Of a stretch of DNA of 64,000 bases, positions 43,801 to 52,097 are shown in pieces. Each line of letters starts with the position of its first letter. Position 1 is the stretch's first letter. Source of the DNA: a virus (Duplodnaviria; Caudoviricetes); IMG/VR virus record IMGVR_UViG_2671180292_000001, positions 32,001-96,000 of that record. One strand, given 5' to 3'. The notes under the pieces are model-generated. The model made no database searches. It worked only from the letters and a program-made list of their open reading frames with translations, and had not been told where the DNA came from. The position numbers and the translations under genes are program-made.

Positions 43801-44617
43801 GCAGCACCCGGGCGCCATCGGCACGCCAGTGCGCCGCCCTGGTGCGGGTGTCGAGAGTAGAGATCCACTCCTTGACCGTGGGACGGTCCTCGTCGGGCAG
43901 GTCCCATGCCTCGTCGTACGCCGCGGTGTGCCAGGCCGACAGGACCTCGGTGCGGGCGATCCTCCGCGCCCGCACATCGCCAAGCTCGGTGCCGTGTGCG
44001 GCGAACGTCTCCTTCAGCCGGTCGCGGAGCTCGTCCATGTCGTCGCCCTCGGCCACGCCCTGGGCGAGAGTCTCCCGCGCGGCCTTCCACAGGTCGTCAC
44101 CGACGTCCCGCATCCGGTTCTCCGCCATGCGGAGGTAGCGCTGCACCCGCTCCGGGAGGGTCTCGGGGTCCCGCAGGTAGGCGTCTACGAGGTCGACGGA
44201 GCGGTCGACGGGGTCCGCGCGGGCGTCCTCGTCGTCGCGATCAGGCTCGGCGGGCGGGACCGGCCGCTCATCCTCCGGCACCTGGTCATCCTCGAGCCGA
44301 CGCTCGGCGAGCCAGCGGAGCATCGCCCCTGCCCCCGCCCCGTACACCGCCACCAGCGGCGCCAACACGGAGGGGATCTGCGCCCACCACAGCGCGGCCA
44401 CGGCCTGCAGGTCCGCCTCTTCGACGGGTTCGCCCTGGGCGACCAGCACGCGCGGATAGCCGGAGGCGGTCAGGTGCGCGGCATACTCCTCCGCGACCTG
44501 GTCGAGCGCGGCCTGCACCACCCGCTCGGCCATCGGTTCCAACCCGCGCAGCGTCCGCTCGGATGCCACTCGCAGCCCGTCACGATGGTCACGCTCAGCC
44601 ATCTTGGACTCAGCCAC
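40808..44617 (-). CDS. Fusion: MuF-like minor head domain + 2H phosphoesterase + wHTH + capsid maturation protease-like region
   Basis: ARRIARTE..KEW..TLDTRTR..H..INCRC; LHLTL..PHVTL; TGDGRIF..ATLVSMPAF; DDVATALEM..IVRLSRGLY; GAGGAGG RBS + GTG 44617. Confidence 0.85.
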   Translation of the reverse strand: MAESKMAERDHRDGLRVASERTLRGLEPMAERVVQAALDQVAEEYAAHLTASGYPRVLVAQGEPVEEADLQAVAALWWAQIPSVLAPLVAVYGAGAGAMLRWLAERRLEDDQVPEDERPVPPAEPDRDDEDARADPVDRSVDLVDAYLRDPETLPERVQRYLRMAENRMRDVGDDLWKAARETLAQGVAEGDDMDELRDRLKETFAAHGTELGDVRARRIARTEVLSAWHTAAYDEAWDLPDEDRPTVKEWISTLDTRTRAAHWRADGARVLLDEPFLVGGAMLMFPGDPLGGPENVINCRCSMVMDWDEETVPRGADRDRGRQFLTEDEIAAVVSDFEERGIVREIDEQSEVTAAAGGPHSGAMVALVPTQEDIERLAVEGGLPPEELHLTLLFLGPAEDIPDEARAAIVDRLRSHVEEAQTAGNGPVEANGFAISVFNPGGEEPCIVLGVGGGELSAIHDAVAGMVLEVFAYPEQHDPWAPHVTLTYTDDLTQLPGLADRVGPITFDRLRIAYAGDITDIPLSLSQEESAVTADATETTPTPRRWSTPGSDALAFENQQTGDGRIFSPGALYWQDGPWPLQYADEMLSGHEGAELAGAIETLDRDGDRIPGTGVLYPSQPAGAQAIRLLEEGAPLGVSVDLDDVDVEFVDARPPEEREEPDSGDEVVLLASLAHTTITPLSEGGYRVRATHRVEHTASGTAVRADHTVEWTTSPAGLVAGAALHAALTAAGVVTAAAGDADDARGEVLMAERAGDFLMRITRGRLRGATLVSMPAFAGARITLDAAEVTADGAPERGRMREVIAYVATSPIPVAADDVATALEMTTTQARDYLARACEAGHIVRLSRGLYVGASTLPEDRPEIVAAMSGDLELPIHSERDAEWDGDAAGSRVLAWATDGDGTVDPDRLGAAFLWRDPDKDPATLSAYKLGVASVYDGDGGQRLEIVAHGVFAVANVLSGGRGGVDIPEDEQDALRERVSALYRRMGEAFDERMVAPWDEDEDEMDELEASAWQEMQSLPPMPAAWFREPTPEELPPGSGGVHYADGRIYGWVAQAGVPHEAYPGRNLTIESLGDVDTTAFLRTRFLLDDGTYAKVGAFTMNVGHHRDGAECETAACQWDDTRTVAGIVTVGMSEGGLWFSGAAAPWLSEWDRMVFAACQPSYHMRQERNGQWSLRAVLSVPVPGHPSKLAASAVIGRANLALTASAAPTPGQPAAPAVDYGTLAAAVVDEMERRAEVRAEIERMAAELAPVRAELAANLAAKVKEGV

Positions 44618-46025
44618 AGCGCACCTCCTCGCCAGCAGCGGAGGAGGGCAGTGTGTCCGGCGGCTCCGTGGTCTCGTCCACCGGCAGCGCCGGGGCGGCC
44701 GGCAGCCGCTCCCCCCGCTCCTGCTGTCGTTGGCGGCGCGCGGCCTGCTCGTTAGCGTCAGGGGCGTCGGTGTCGTCGAACCCGGTCTCCCGGCGCAGCG
44801 CCTCCGCGCTGATGACACCGCGGTCGTACACCTCGAGTGCGGTCTGGGAGCGGTTGGCGTAGACCCGCAACTGGCTGGTTTCGTACCACACCAGCACGTC
44901 ATCAGCGTCTGCGATGTTCTCGGATTGGAGGAGGGGGCGGAGCCACTGCCCGGTGAGGGCGTCCGAGACGGTCGCTAGCCGGGGCTCGATGCCGAGCCGG
45001 ATCGCTTCCTGTTGAAGGCTCCACTGCCCCCAGTGGTTGACATCACCTAGACCGAGGAGGATTTCTGCGGGGACCTCCAGCCCAAGGGCGAACCGGCGGA
45101 TGGCTTCCTCTCGCAACTTGATCGCGATCTCATCGAACTCCGACTCGAACGTGATCCGCTGAATCTGCCCGATGGCCTCGCCGGGTACTTCCAGGATGAT
45201 CGGCACTGCCGCCGCAGCGCTTTCGGGGTCCTTATAGGCGGTTTCGGCGACGGTCATGAAAACTTCGATCAGGTCGTCTTCGCCCTCGTCTCCCGGCTGA
45301 CCAGTCGAGGGGAAGCGGACGCCGTGCGGGACGAGCAGCACCCCACGCCCGTGCAAGCGGGAACGGGCGATCGCCGCAACGGAGGCGTTCAGCAGCCGCA
45401 GCTCTTCCAGTAGGCCGAGGGATGACCGGACGGGTGAGTCGGCTTCGATGTACCGGCGCGGGTGGGGTTGCCAGACGCGGATCGCCACTGCTGCTGTTGG
45501 ATCGGCTGGTGCGTCGGGGTCGTCACCTGGGATGACGACCTTCTCCCCGTCGATTTCCGCTTCGAGGTTCCGGCCGGCGCGGGTGACTTCCTCCGTGGAC
45601 AGGACCCGCCAGTCCACCTCGGCGCGTTCCCCCGTCGGGTCGGTGGGGCGGATGACGATCCAGCCCTCACCGGGCACCACCAGGTGCGGGCCGAAAGCCT
45701 TCAACATCTCTGATTGCCCGGCCGGGCCGCCCGCGATCGTAGCGACGAGCTCGGCCGCACGGTGACTGTCCGGGAGGGGGTCGACGGTGCCGTCTGGGGC
45801 GCGTACTCCCGCGATGAGGCGGGCCTTGCTCATGGCGTTCGCGACCCAGGTGGCAGCGAACCTGACCTCCGGAACCGTGTCGTAGAAGGCCCAGGCTGTG
45901 TGCTGCCAGGACTGGTCAGGGGCTTGCGCCTGGCCACGAAACCGGCGGGTGGTCCAGCGGGCAGCCGCAGCCGCCAACTCGCGGACGCCACGGCTTCCGC
46001 GTCTGCTGGCAGGGGTGGACGGCAT
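44610..46025 (-). CDS. Portal protein
   Basis: WQHTAWAFYDTVPEVRFAATWVANAMSKARL, VWQPHP..ADSP, GLGDVNHW motifs. Confidence 0.9.
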   Translation of the reverse strand: MPSTPASRRGSRGVRELAAAAARWTTRRFRGQAQAPDQSWQHTAWAFYDTVPEVRFAATWVANAMSKARLIAGVRAPDGTVDPLPDSHRAAELVATIAGGPAGQSEMLKAFGPHLVVPGEGWIVIRPTDPTGERAEVDWRVLSTEEVTRAGRNLEAEIDGEKVVIPGDDPDAPADPTAAVAIRVWQPHPRRYIEADSPVRSSLGLLEELRLLNASVAAIARSRLHGRGVLLVPHGVRFPSTGQPGDEGEDDLIEVFMTVAETAYKDPESAAAAVPIILEVPGEAIGQIQRITFESEFDEIAIKLREEAIRRFALGLEVPAEILLGLGDVNHWGQWSLQQEAIRLGIEPRLATVSDALTGQWLRPLLQSENIADADDVLVWYETSQLRVYANRSQTALEVYDRGVISAEALRRETGFDDTDAPDANEQAARRQRQQERGERLPAAPALPVDETTEPPDTLPSSAAGEEVRCG

Positions 46026-46055
46026 CCCGGCACCTCGGATCAGGTGTGGAGTCCG

Positions 46056-46087
46056 GCCCGGCCCGTAGCCAGCAGCCCGCGATGGTA
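46056..46087 (-). promoter_or_regulatory. Late-gene leader motif with upstream -10 (TACCAT)
   Basis: Minus strand TACCAT..GGCTGCTGGCTACGGGCCGGGC upstream of portal. Confidence 0.6.
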
Positions 46088-46115
46088 CTCATGTAAGCCT
46101 AGCGACGGCCCATGG

Positions 46116-46475
46116 TCAGGAGCAGATCTCCGCGCCTTGGAGGGCAGCAGCGAGCCACCGCAGCTCGTGCGGCACACCCGAGCGGAGCAGCGCGCGAACG
46201 TATTCGTCGGCCGCGCGGATCAGCCGGTCCTTGTCCACGCTCCCGCCGGGGGTAGCGGCGAGGGCTTGGCGGAGGCACGTCCACGCACCGGTGAGGAGCC
46301 GATCCAGGTCGTCGTCATCCACCCGGATCTGCGTGTGCAGCAGGTACGGGGGGATGTGCTGGTAGCGGGACCGCCGGTCACGGGTGAGGAGGCGTTTGCC
46401 GCTGACTTCGAGTGCGCGCCAGACCGCGACGTCGGCGGCGAGGATCACCTCATCCACGCACGTCGTGGCGCTCAT
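46116..46475 (-). CDS. Hypothetical protein
   Basis: ATGA overlap with upstream gene; VWRALEVSGKRL. Confidence 0.7.
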   Translation of the reverse strand: MSATTCVDEVILAADVAVWRALEVSGKRLLTRDRRSRYQHIPPYLLHTQIRVDDDDLDRLLTGAWTCLRQALAATPGGSVDKDRLIRAADEYVRALLRSGVPHELRWLAAALQGAEICS

Positions 46476-46807
46476 ACCGCGGCCCGGGTGTCGTCCCACC
46501 GGTTGAGGAGGACCGCACCGCCGGCGATCGCGAACCACTCGACGCCATGCAGCAGCCAGTGCGCGTCACCCCAGGTGCCCGTGCAGGTGAGGTAGACGGC
46601 GAGGATGATCCCGGACAGCCAAAATCCCATGCAGTATGGGCAGCTGATGAGGGTGGTGATCAGCTCGCGGGGTCTCGATTCGGGGCGGTGTGCCTGCCAC
46701 AGGTGGATGCGGTCTCGGATCGGGTCCAAGATCGAGTCCCAGACGATCAACTGGGTTGATCGGTAACCAGCGAGCGCGAGCACGGCAAGCACGGCGATAT
46801 TGATCAC
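46472..46807 (-). CDS. DUF1360-like membrane protein
   Basis: YRSTQLIVWDSI..P.R and LISCPYCMGFW motifs; TM helices. Confidence 0.75.
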   Translation of the reverse strand: MINIAVLAVLALAGYRSTQLIVWDSILDPIRDRIHLWQAHRPESRPRELITTLISCPYCMGFWLSGIILAVYLTCTGTWGDAHWLLHGVEWFAIAGGAVLLNRWDDTRAAV

Positions 46808-46938
46808 GGGCAACCCCCCAAGATCTCCCGATTTGCCGCCAATCATAGGGGTCAAGGTCGTGATTCCTTGTTCGTCAAGCGACCTGCCAGAAAAGTAATC
46901 CCTGTGACGGTGTCAGTCCTGGTTGTTACCGTGGGTGA

Positions 46939-47244
46939 ATGGCCCCCTCCACGCCTCGACGCGCGCACACCCTGCGCCGCCTCGGCCGGCGCACAGCCGA
47001 CCCGCCGCTCAGCGTGCTGGACGTCGCTCTCCGCCTCGACAACTCCCGCGTGGTTCACCTGGCCGGGACCGCGACCGACCACCGCGGTGAGACCTTGCCC
47101 GCCCCGGCCTGTCACGTCGGCGTCGCCGGATGGGACCCCCGCCGGTTGCACGTGTCGGAAGCGCCGGTCACCTGCCGCCGCTGCCTCCACCTTCTGGAGG
47201 CGAGGCAGATCCCCGCAGTCCCTCTGCAAGAGCCGCTGTTCTAA
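46939..47244 (+). CDS. Hypothetical Zn-binding protein ending in QEPLF
   Basis: VH..PACH..VTCRRC; C-terminal clamp-like pentapeptide. Confidence 0.55.
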   Translation: MAPSTPRRAHTLRRLGRRTADPPLSVLDVALRLDNSRVVHLAGTATDHRGETLPAPACHVGVAGWDPRRLHVSEAPVTCRRCLHLLEARQIPAVPLQEPLF

Positions 47245-47316
47245 CCGGACGGTTTTCCCTACTTCCCGTGGGCTCCGCTGCGATACTGGGGCATCCCAGC
47301 CCTCGAGGAGCCTCCC

Positions 47317-47685
47317 TTGTCCTTCAAATCCGCCGCCGCTACCACTGCTGCCGCTGTCATGGCGTTGACCGCATGCAGCAGCCCGGCGACGTCGGAGGAG
47401 GAAACCGGACGCCACGTCACCTCAGCTGAAGTGACACCCTGGCCTTTCGCCGCCGGAGCTGGGCGGCTGGCATGCCCCTTCGGAAACGAAGTGGTATTCA
47501 CGCCGGACGGGTCCTCGACGACGTACGCGCTGAACGGCCGAGCCATGGGAACCGGCAAGTACCGGCGGCTAGAGCCCGATGACCCGATGTGGCTGAGCGA
47601 CGAAACCGTACCGGTCGAGATCGGCCCGCCGATAAAGATCACTACTCACCGTTTGATCGAAGAGGGCTTGAAGCTCTGCCAGTAG
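47317..47685 (+). CDS. DUF2511/YebY-like lipoprotein
   Basis: Lipobox ALTAC; WPF..L.C..YALNG.A..GLKLC; GAGGAG RBS. Confidence 0.75.
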   Translation: MSFKSAAATTAAAVMALTACSSPATSEEETGRHVTSAEVTPWPFAAGAGRLACPFGNEVVFTPDGSSTTYALNGRAMGTGKYRRLEPDDPMWLSDETVPVEIGPPIKITTHRLIEEGLKLCQ

Positions 47686-47709
47686 GAGCGCGGCTCGACG
47701 AGGTAACCG

Positions 47710-48795
47710 TCACTGCTGCTCCTCGGGGTCAAGCGAGGGGAGGCTCAGCCGGTCTGTCGCCTCCCGCCGGCGCCGCTCCGGCCGCCGGTCGTACCGCGCG
47801 GTTGTCGCTGGGGATGCGTGGCCGACCAGCGCCTGAGCCGTGGCGAGGTCCACCCCGGCGTCAAGCAGCTCCCCGACGTAGGTGCGGCGGAAGTCGTGCG
47901 GGGTCCGGCGGGCGGTCTTGGCTTTGCCGAACCGGCGGTCGTGGACGACGCCGAGCGCGCGGGGGGTCATGTGTTTCATCCGGCCGCCGTCGTCGTAGAG
48001 GATCTGGCCGCTCTTGCGCAGCGCGGGGAACAGGGCGCCGGGGGCACGGCCGCGTGCGGCGAGCCAGGCTTCGACTCGGGCCATCGCGTCGGGGATGAGG
48101 TAGACGAGGCGTTCCTTGTCGCCCTTGCCGCGGACTTTGAGGGAGCGGGTGCCGGGGTTGTAGTCGGCGAGGGTGAGACCGACGAGTTCGGCTCGGCGGC
48201 AGCCGGTGGAGAACAGGGTGGCGAACAGGGCACCGTCGCGGAGGCCGATCACGCGGTGTCCCTCAGTTTCGGCGTCGGCGTCGCAGCTACGGAGCACGGC
48301 GGCGAGGCTTTCGCCGGGGACGTCCTTCCCGGCGGGGACTCGACTCCCGCTGACGGTTTCGAGGTCGGCGGCGCGCTGGTATGTCTCGGCGTCCATCAGG
48401 CCGAGCTTCCATGCTTCCTTCAGGACGCGGCGCAGCGCCACGAGGTGCTTGTTCACATGGCTGGGGGACCAGCCCTGTTCCAAGAGCTTCGTGCGGATCT
48501 TGACGGTGTGGCCGTAGGTGAGGCGGTCCCAGCCCAGGGTGGCGCCGAAGTTCTCCCGCTCGATCGTGGGCATGGCGTTCCACTGTTCGTCGTCGAGTTC
48601 GGCTATGAGGCGGGCGATCCGGTTCAAGCAGCCGCGCATCGTCCGCTTGGACTCCTCGCTCTTGAGGTTGTCCAAGTAGACATGGAACGGGTTACACGCG
48701 GGCGCGGCCGGGACAGCAGGCAGATGGGCGTGCTCGACGACAACGGGGACGAGGCCGGTCGCGTCATCCATTGTTGGCGGCTCAAGGTCGGTCAT
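47710..48795 (-). CDS. Tyrosine recombinase (XerC/D-like resolvase or integrase)
   Basis: TGCRRAE, VRGKGDKER, PHDFRR, GH..TT.RY catalytic residues. Confidence 0.92.
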   Translation of the reverse strand: MTDLEPPTMDDATGLVPVVVEHAHLPAVPAAPACNPFHVYLDNLKSEESKRTMRGCLNRIARLIAELDDEQWNAMPTIERENFGATLGWDRLTYGHTVKIRTKLLEQGWSPSHVNKHLVALRRVLKEAWKLGLMDAETYQRAADLETVSGSRVPAGKDVPGESLAAVLRSCDADAETEGHRVIGLRDGALFATLFSTGCRRAELVGLTLADYNPGTRSLKVRGKGDKERLVYLIPDAMARVEAWLAARGRAPGALFPALRKSGQILYDDGGRMKHMTPRALGVVHDRRFGKAKTARRTPHDFRRTYVGELLDAGVDLATAQALVGHASPATTARYDRRPERRRREATDRLSLPSLDPEEQQ

Positions 48796-49315
48796 CGGCC
48801 ACCGCCTGCCGCACCCTGGCCTCCGCCAGTTCCTCGAACCTCGCGATGTCCTCCGGGGCCATCGGACGCACGGCTCGACCACTGATCCTCAACGCCAGGT
48901 TGTACAACTCGCGATGCCGTACGTCCCACTTGACGTCGCTCTCGTTCAGTAGGGCCGTGGCCAGTTCGACCGTGGGCGAAACGTAACGGCCGTCGACCAT
49001 CGCGGAGCTGTACAGGCCGTCGATCAATTTCTCGACGAAGCCCTCGCCGTGGACCGAACAGATGATCGACTCCTCGATGACGTCGTCATCGTCGTCGGTC
49101 CAGTCGTAGTGGTCGATGACTCCTTTAGCGCTGACCGGGCCGTGCGCCACGACATGCGTCCAGGCGTACAGGCGGGTGCCGTCACCGCATTCCGCGCATC
49201 TGTAGACACTTGTTGCTGGAGTGGCAGCAGCGGCCTTAACTGCCGCCCTGGCGTGGCGTGATCGTTCAGCCTGAAACGATCTCCGGTCCAGCTTGGAGCG
49301 GGACTTGAGGCTCAT
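48782..49315 (-). CDS. Hypothetical protein
   Basis: AGGAG RBS; CAECG..CSVH; overlaps recombinase start. Confidence 0.6.
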   Translation of the reverse strand: MSLKSRSKLDRRSFQAERSRHARAAVKAAAATPATSVYRCAECGDGTRLYAWTHVVAHGPVSAKGVIDHYDWTDDDDDVIEESIICSVHGEGFVEKLIDGLYSSAMVDGRYVSPTVELATALLNESDVKWDVRHRELYNLALRISGRAVRPMAPEDIARFEELAEARVRQAVADDRP

Positions 49316-49324
49316 GGGGGACTC

Positions 49325-49516
49325 CTACGGGATCTTGTAAGGGCTGATGTCCAGGTCGAGCCTGTCGGCGATCGGTGCGAGTGCCGGGTCGGCACGTAGT
49401 TGCTCGAAGGTTTCCCGGAGCCGAGCTTGCAGCGTCTCCCATGCCTGGGCTTCGTCGTCATGCTCGTCCGGTTCGAGCCAGGCGGAGATCTCGATTGAGT
49501 GTTTCTCTCGGGCCAT
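49325..49516 (-). CDS. Small hypothetical protein (MAREKHSIE...)
   Basis: GGGAG RBS; first gene of the recombinase block. Confidence 0.55.
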   Translation of the reverse strand: MAREKHSIEISAWLEPDEHDDEAQAWETLQARLRETFEQLRADPALAPIADRLDLDISPYKIP

Positions 49517-49755
49517 GGTGATCGTTGCTCCCGTTGGTCTTGGGGTCGGGTGGCTCGACTCTAGCACGCTTAGGTTCCGGGAATTGGCATTCCGTGAATC
49601 TAAAATCGGGCCAGAAAACAGCAGCTTTGAAGCGCCGCAGTCAGAGATATTTCGCCCCACAACTATCCGCACAGGGAACAGTTCGCGTCCGGATCCGTCC
49701 GGGAGCGTCCGCTGCCGTCCAGCCGGGCCCGGAAGCGCCCAGCGTGGATCAGCTT

Positions 49756-50250
49756 TCAGGCGACCTCGTCCTGATTTCGTTCCTTCTGCCCGTAGACGGC
49801 CGGATGACCGAACACGTCGTCAAACTGATGGGCCAGCCTGCCGTTGATGAGGTAGTACGAGCCCCCAAGACCACGAGGCCCGCGAGACCCGTAGGCCATC
49901 ACCTCCTGCGGCGTGAGAACGCCGAGGTTTCCGAACACATAGAAGATCGGCACACCGAACGCGGCGATGAACTGGAGCCCGAAGCTCACACACTTCTGGG
50001 AGACGGCGTACCGGCCAGTGTCTGCGCTGCTCATGCGGTCCTTCGCATCGATCGCAACCAGATCACCGTCTCGTACTGCGACCAGGTCAGGAAAATTGGC
50101 CCAGCGGGTACGTGCGATAGCGCGTCTGATTTCTTCGCGGAGGATGGACTGCCCCCATGGGTTTACAGCCCAGTTGCGTGTCTCCAGTTCTGCGCAGATG
50201 CGGAGTTCGTGGGCTTCTCCAAAGCTTTTCCGATCATGGAATGAGTGCAT
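49756..50250 (-). CDS. PD-(D/E)XK nuclease-like protein
   Basis: GEAHE helix, FPDL...IDAK pattern; lower GC than flanks. Confidence 0.55.
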   Translation of the reverse strand: MHSFHDRKSFGEAHELRICAELETRNWAVNPWGQSILREEIRRAIARTRWANFPDLVAVRDGDLVAIDAKDRMSSADTGRYAVSQKCVSFGLQFIAAFGVPIFYVFGNLGVLTPQEVMAYGSRGPRGLGGSYYLINGRLAHQFDDVFGHPAVYGQKERNQDEVA

Positions 50251-50293
50251 AGGCCAACGATGGGTGATGCCCTTGAGCTGCCGCAACTCGTGT

Positions 50294-50373
50294 CTCGTGG
50301 GGTCTGGTGAGCGCTCGTGGAGTCTGGCGAGCGCTCGTGAAGTCTCGTGAGCGCTCGTGGGGCCTGGTTAGTC
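50294..50373. repeat. Four 20-bp tandem repeats with 10-bp sub-period
   Basis: CTCGTGGGGTCTGGTGAGCG / CTCGTGGAGTCTGGCGAGCG / CTCGTGAAGTCTCGTGAGCG / CTCGTGGGGCCTGGTTAGTC. Confidence 0.85.
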
Positions 50374-50433
50374 TTCAAGCGTTATCAAGCTGGTACCTCT
50401 AGCGCCGTTCACCATCCGACGCGGGCACAGCCG

Positions 50434-50622
50434 TTACTCGATGAGGTTGTAGGACAGCAGGGACATGGTCACGGTGAGCGCGGCCCACCCGCCGAGGCCC
50501 ACGCCGAGCGCGAGCAGTCCCCGGTCCCGCACGAGCAACAGGTCGAAGACGAGCCACGCCCACGCGCCGGTCACGAGAAGGAACGGCCCGCCGAACACGG
50601 CGAGGAACATGCCGGTGCTCAT
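50434..50622 (-). CDS. Small two-TM membrane protein
   Basis: ATGA overlap with terL stop; hydrophobic. Confidence 0.65.
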   Translation of the reverse strand: MSTGMFLAVFGGPFLLVTGAWAWLVFDLLLVRDRGLLALGVGLGGWAALTVTMSLLSYNLIE

Positions 50623-52097
50623 CGCTTGCCGCCTCCGGTGACTGGCCGGCCGTACCGAGCAGCAGCGCTCCCTCGGCCCGTCCTCGCCTCAGTCGGCCGC
50701 GCCCGGGCGGGTGAACGGACGACGCTGGAACCGACGAGATCGCGAGCAGCAACGACGTACCTCATCGCGTCAGCACCGTGATCATTCTCCTTGACCGGGG
50801 CCTCCTTCGGCGGCTTACCCGGCGAGGACTGCCACACGTACCCCGGGATCTCCTCGGCAGTGCAGCAGGGGCGTTTCGCCTCTTCCAGCTTCGGATCACG
50901 CTCTACGAGGGCGTCGCGCATGATGAGGAGCCGAGGCCGGCGATCCCCCGCGACTCGGAAGCGGGCTTGCGCGGCTTGGATGCCGTCGGTGACGGTCTTC
51001 TTCGCTGGGGCGGTGGGGATGCCGAGGTGGCGTTCCAACGTGGCACGGTCTTCGGCGTCGTGGTCGCAGATCACCGCCCGAGGCCGCGGTTCGGCCCACA
51101 CGAGGCGGCATTTACGGCAGTCGTGGCAGTCGTGGTCTGCGGCCTTAGACCCGCAGCACTGCTCGCAACGTCGCACGAGCCGGAGGATCTGCCGGGCGTG
51201 GTCTTCCACGAGGCGGCCGGAGTAGTAGATCTCCCGGTACAGGTAGAGCCTGCCGTCGCCGTCTTCGGCCCAGAACTGGCAGACGAACGGGTTGGTGTAG
51301 CCGAAGTCGACGGACCACCAGCGAGGCCAATCGTCGGGCGGCGTAAACCGGTCGACGAGGTGCACGACGGGGTCGAACTCCTCGTACACCAGCCCTTCGG
51401 CGGCGGCCCACAACCCGTCGCGCAGCCGAAGTCGACGCACACCGGTGAGAGCGTCGAGCTTGGCCATGTAGTCCCGGCCCGCTTCGGTGAGGGTGCCGTC
51501 CTCGTTGACGTAGGCGGGGTTGTCCCGGTGGCGGGAGTTCAGCATCACCATCGCGCCGCGGTCGGCACGCTGCTTGATCCAATGGGTGGGGTGGACGGGG
51601 TTGCACGCGGCGATCTGCTGCTGCCACGACAGCACCTGATTTCGCAGTCGGGTACCGAGGGTTTCCCAGTCAGTCTCGGTCAGCTCGGTCGCCTCGTCGA
51701 CGAACACCAGGTCGAACTCTGAGGACAGGACGCGCTCAGGGCGGTCCATGCCTCCGACGACGATGACGCTGCCGTTGGAGTACCGGTAGGAGGCGGCTTC
51801 CCGGGTGCTGCCGCCGTACCAGCGGACCAGCCCGGCGGCGAGTGCCTCGGCGGCGACCTTCCGCTCGAACGTCACCAGCGTGGTGGCGCCGAGCGAAACC
51901 GCGGTCTTCCGGACGATCAGGCACCGGATGCCCGGCGTGGACAGCGCGGCGAGGTGGACACGGAACAACGCCGCGAGCGATTTCCCGGTCCCAGCGGGAC
52001 CGGCGATCACGACTTCGGATGATCTTTCGGTGAACAGGGCACGGGCCGCGCCACGCGGCTCGTACCGCACCACCAGGTGATCAGACGTGGTGGTCAT
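50619..52097 (-). CDS. terL: Terminase large subunit
   Basis: GPAGTGKS Walker A, VFVDE Walker B, VDFGYTNP and DHGADAMRY nuclease motifs. Confidence 0.95.
   Translation of the reverse strand: MTTTSDHLVVRYEPRGAARALFTERSSEVVIAGPAGTGKSLAALFRVHLAALSTPGIRCLIVRKTAVSLGATTLVTFERKVAAEALAAGLVRWYGGSTREAASYRYSNGSVIVVGGMDRPERVLSSEFDLVFVDEATELTETDWETLGTRLRNQVLSWQQQIAACNPVHPTHWIKQRADRGAMVMLNSRHRDNPAYVNEDGTLTEAGRDYMAKLDALTGVRRLRLRDGLWAAAEGLVYEEFDPVVHLVDRFTPPDDWPRWWSVDFGYTNPFVCQFWAEDGDGRLYLYREIYYSGRLVEDHARQILRLVRRCEQCCGSKAADHDCHDCRKCRLVWAEPRPRAVICDHDAEDRATLERHLGIPTAPAKKTVTDGIQAAQARFRVAGDRRPRLLIMRDALVERDPKLEEAKRPCCTAEEIPGYVWQSSPGKPPKEAPVKENDHGADAMRYVVAARDLVGSSVVRSPARARPTEARTGRGSAAARYGRPVTGGGKR

Noticed and set aside
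47710-49750. attL/attR or a tRNA integration site near the recombinase
   Set aside because: No tRNA-like sequence or flanking direct repeat found by eye.
50294-50373. Possible mini CRISPR array
   Set aside because: Repeats are contiguous with no unique spacers, and there are no cas genes.
51105-51180. Intein in terL
   Set aside because: Only about 25 aa, with no C-terminal HN or splicing blocks.
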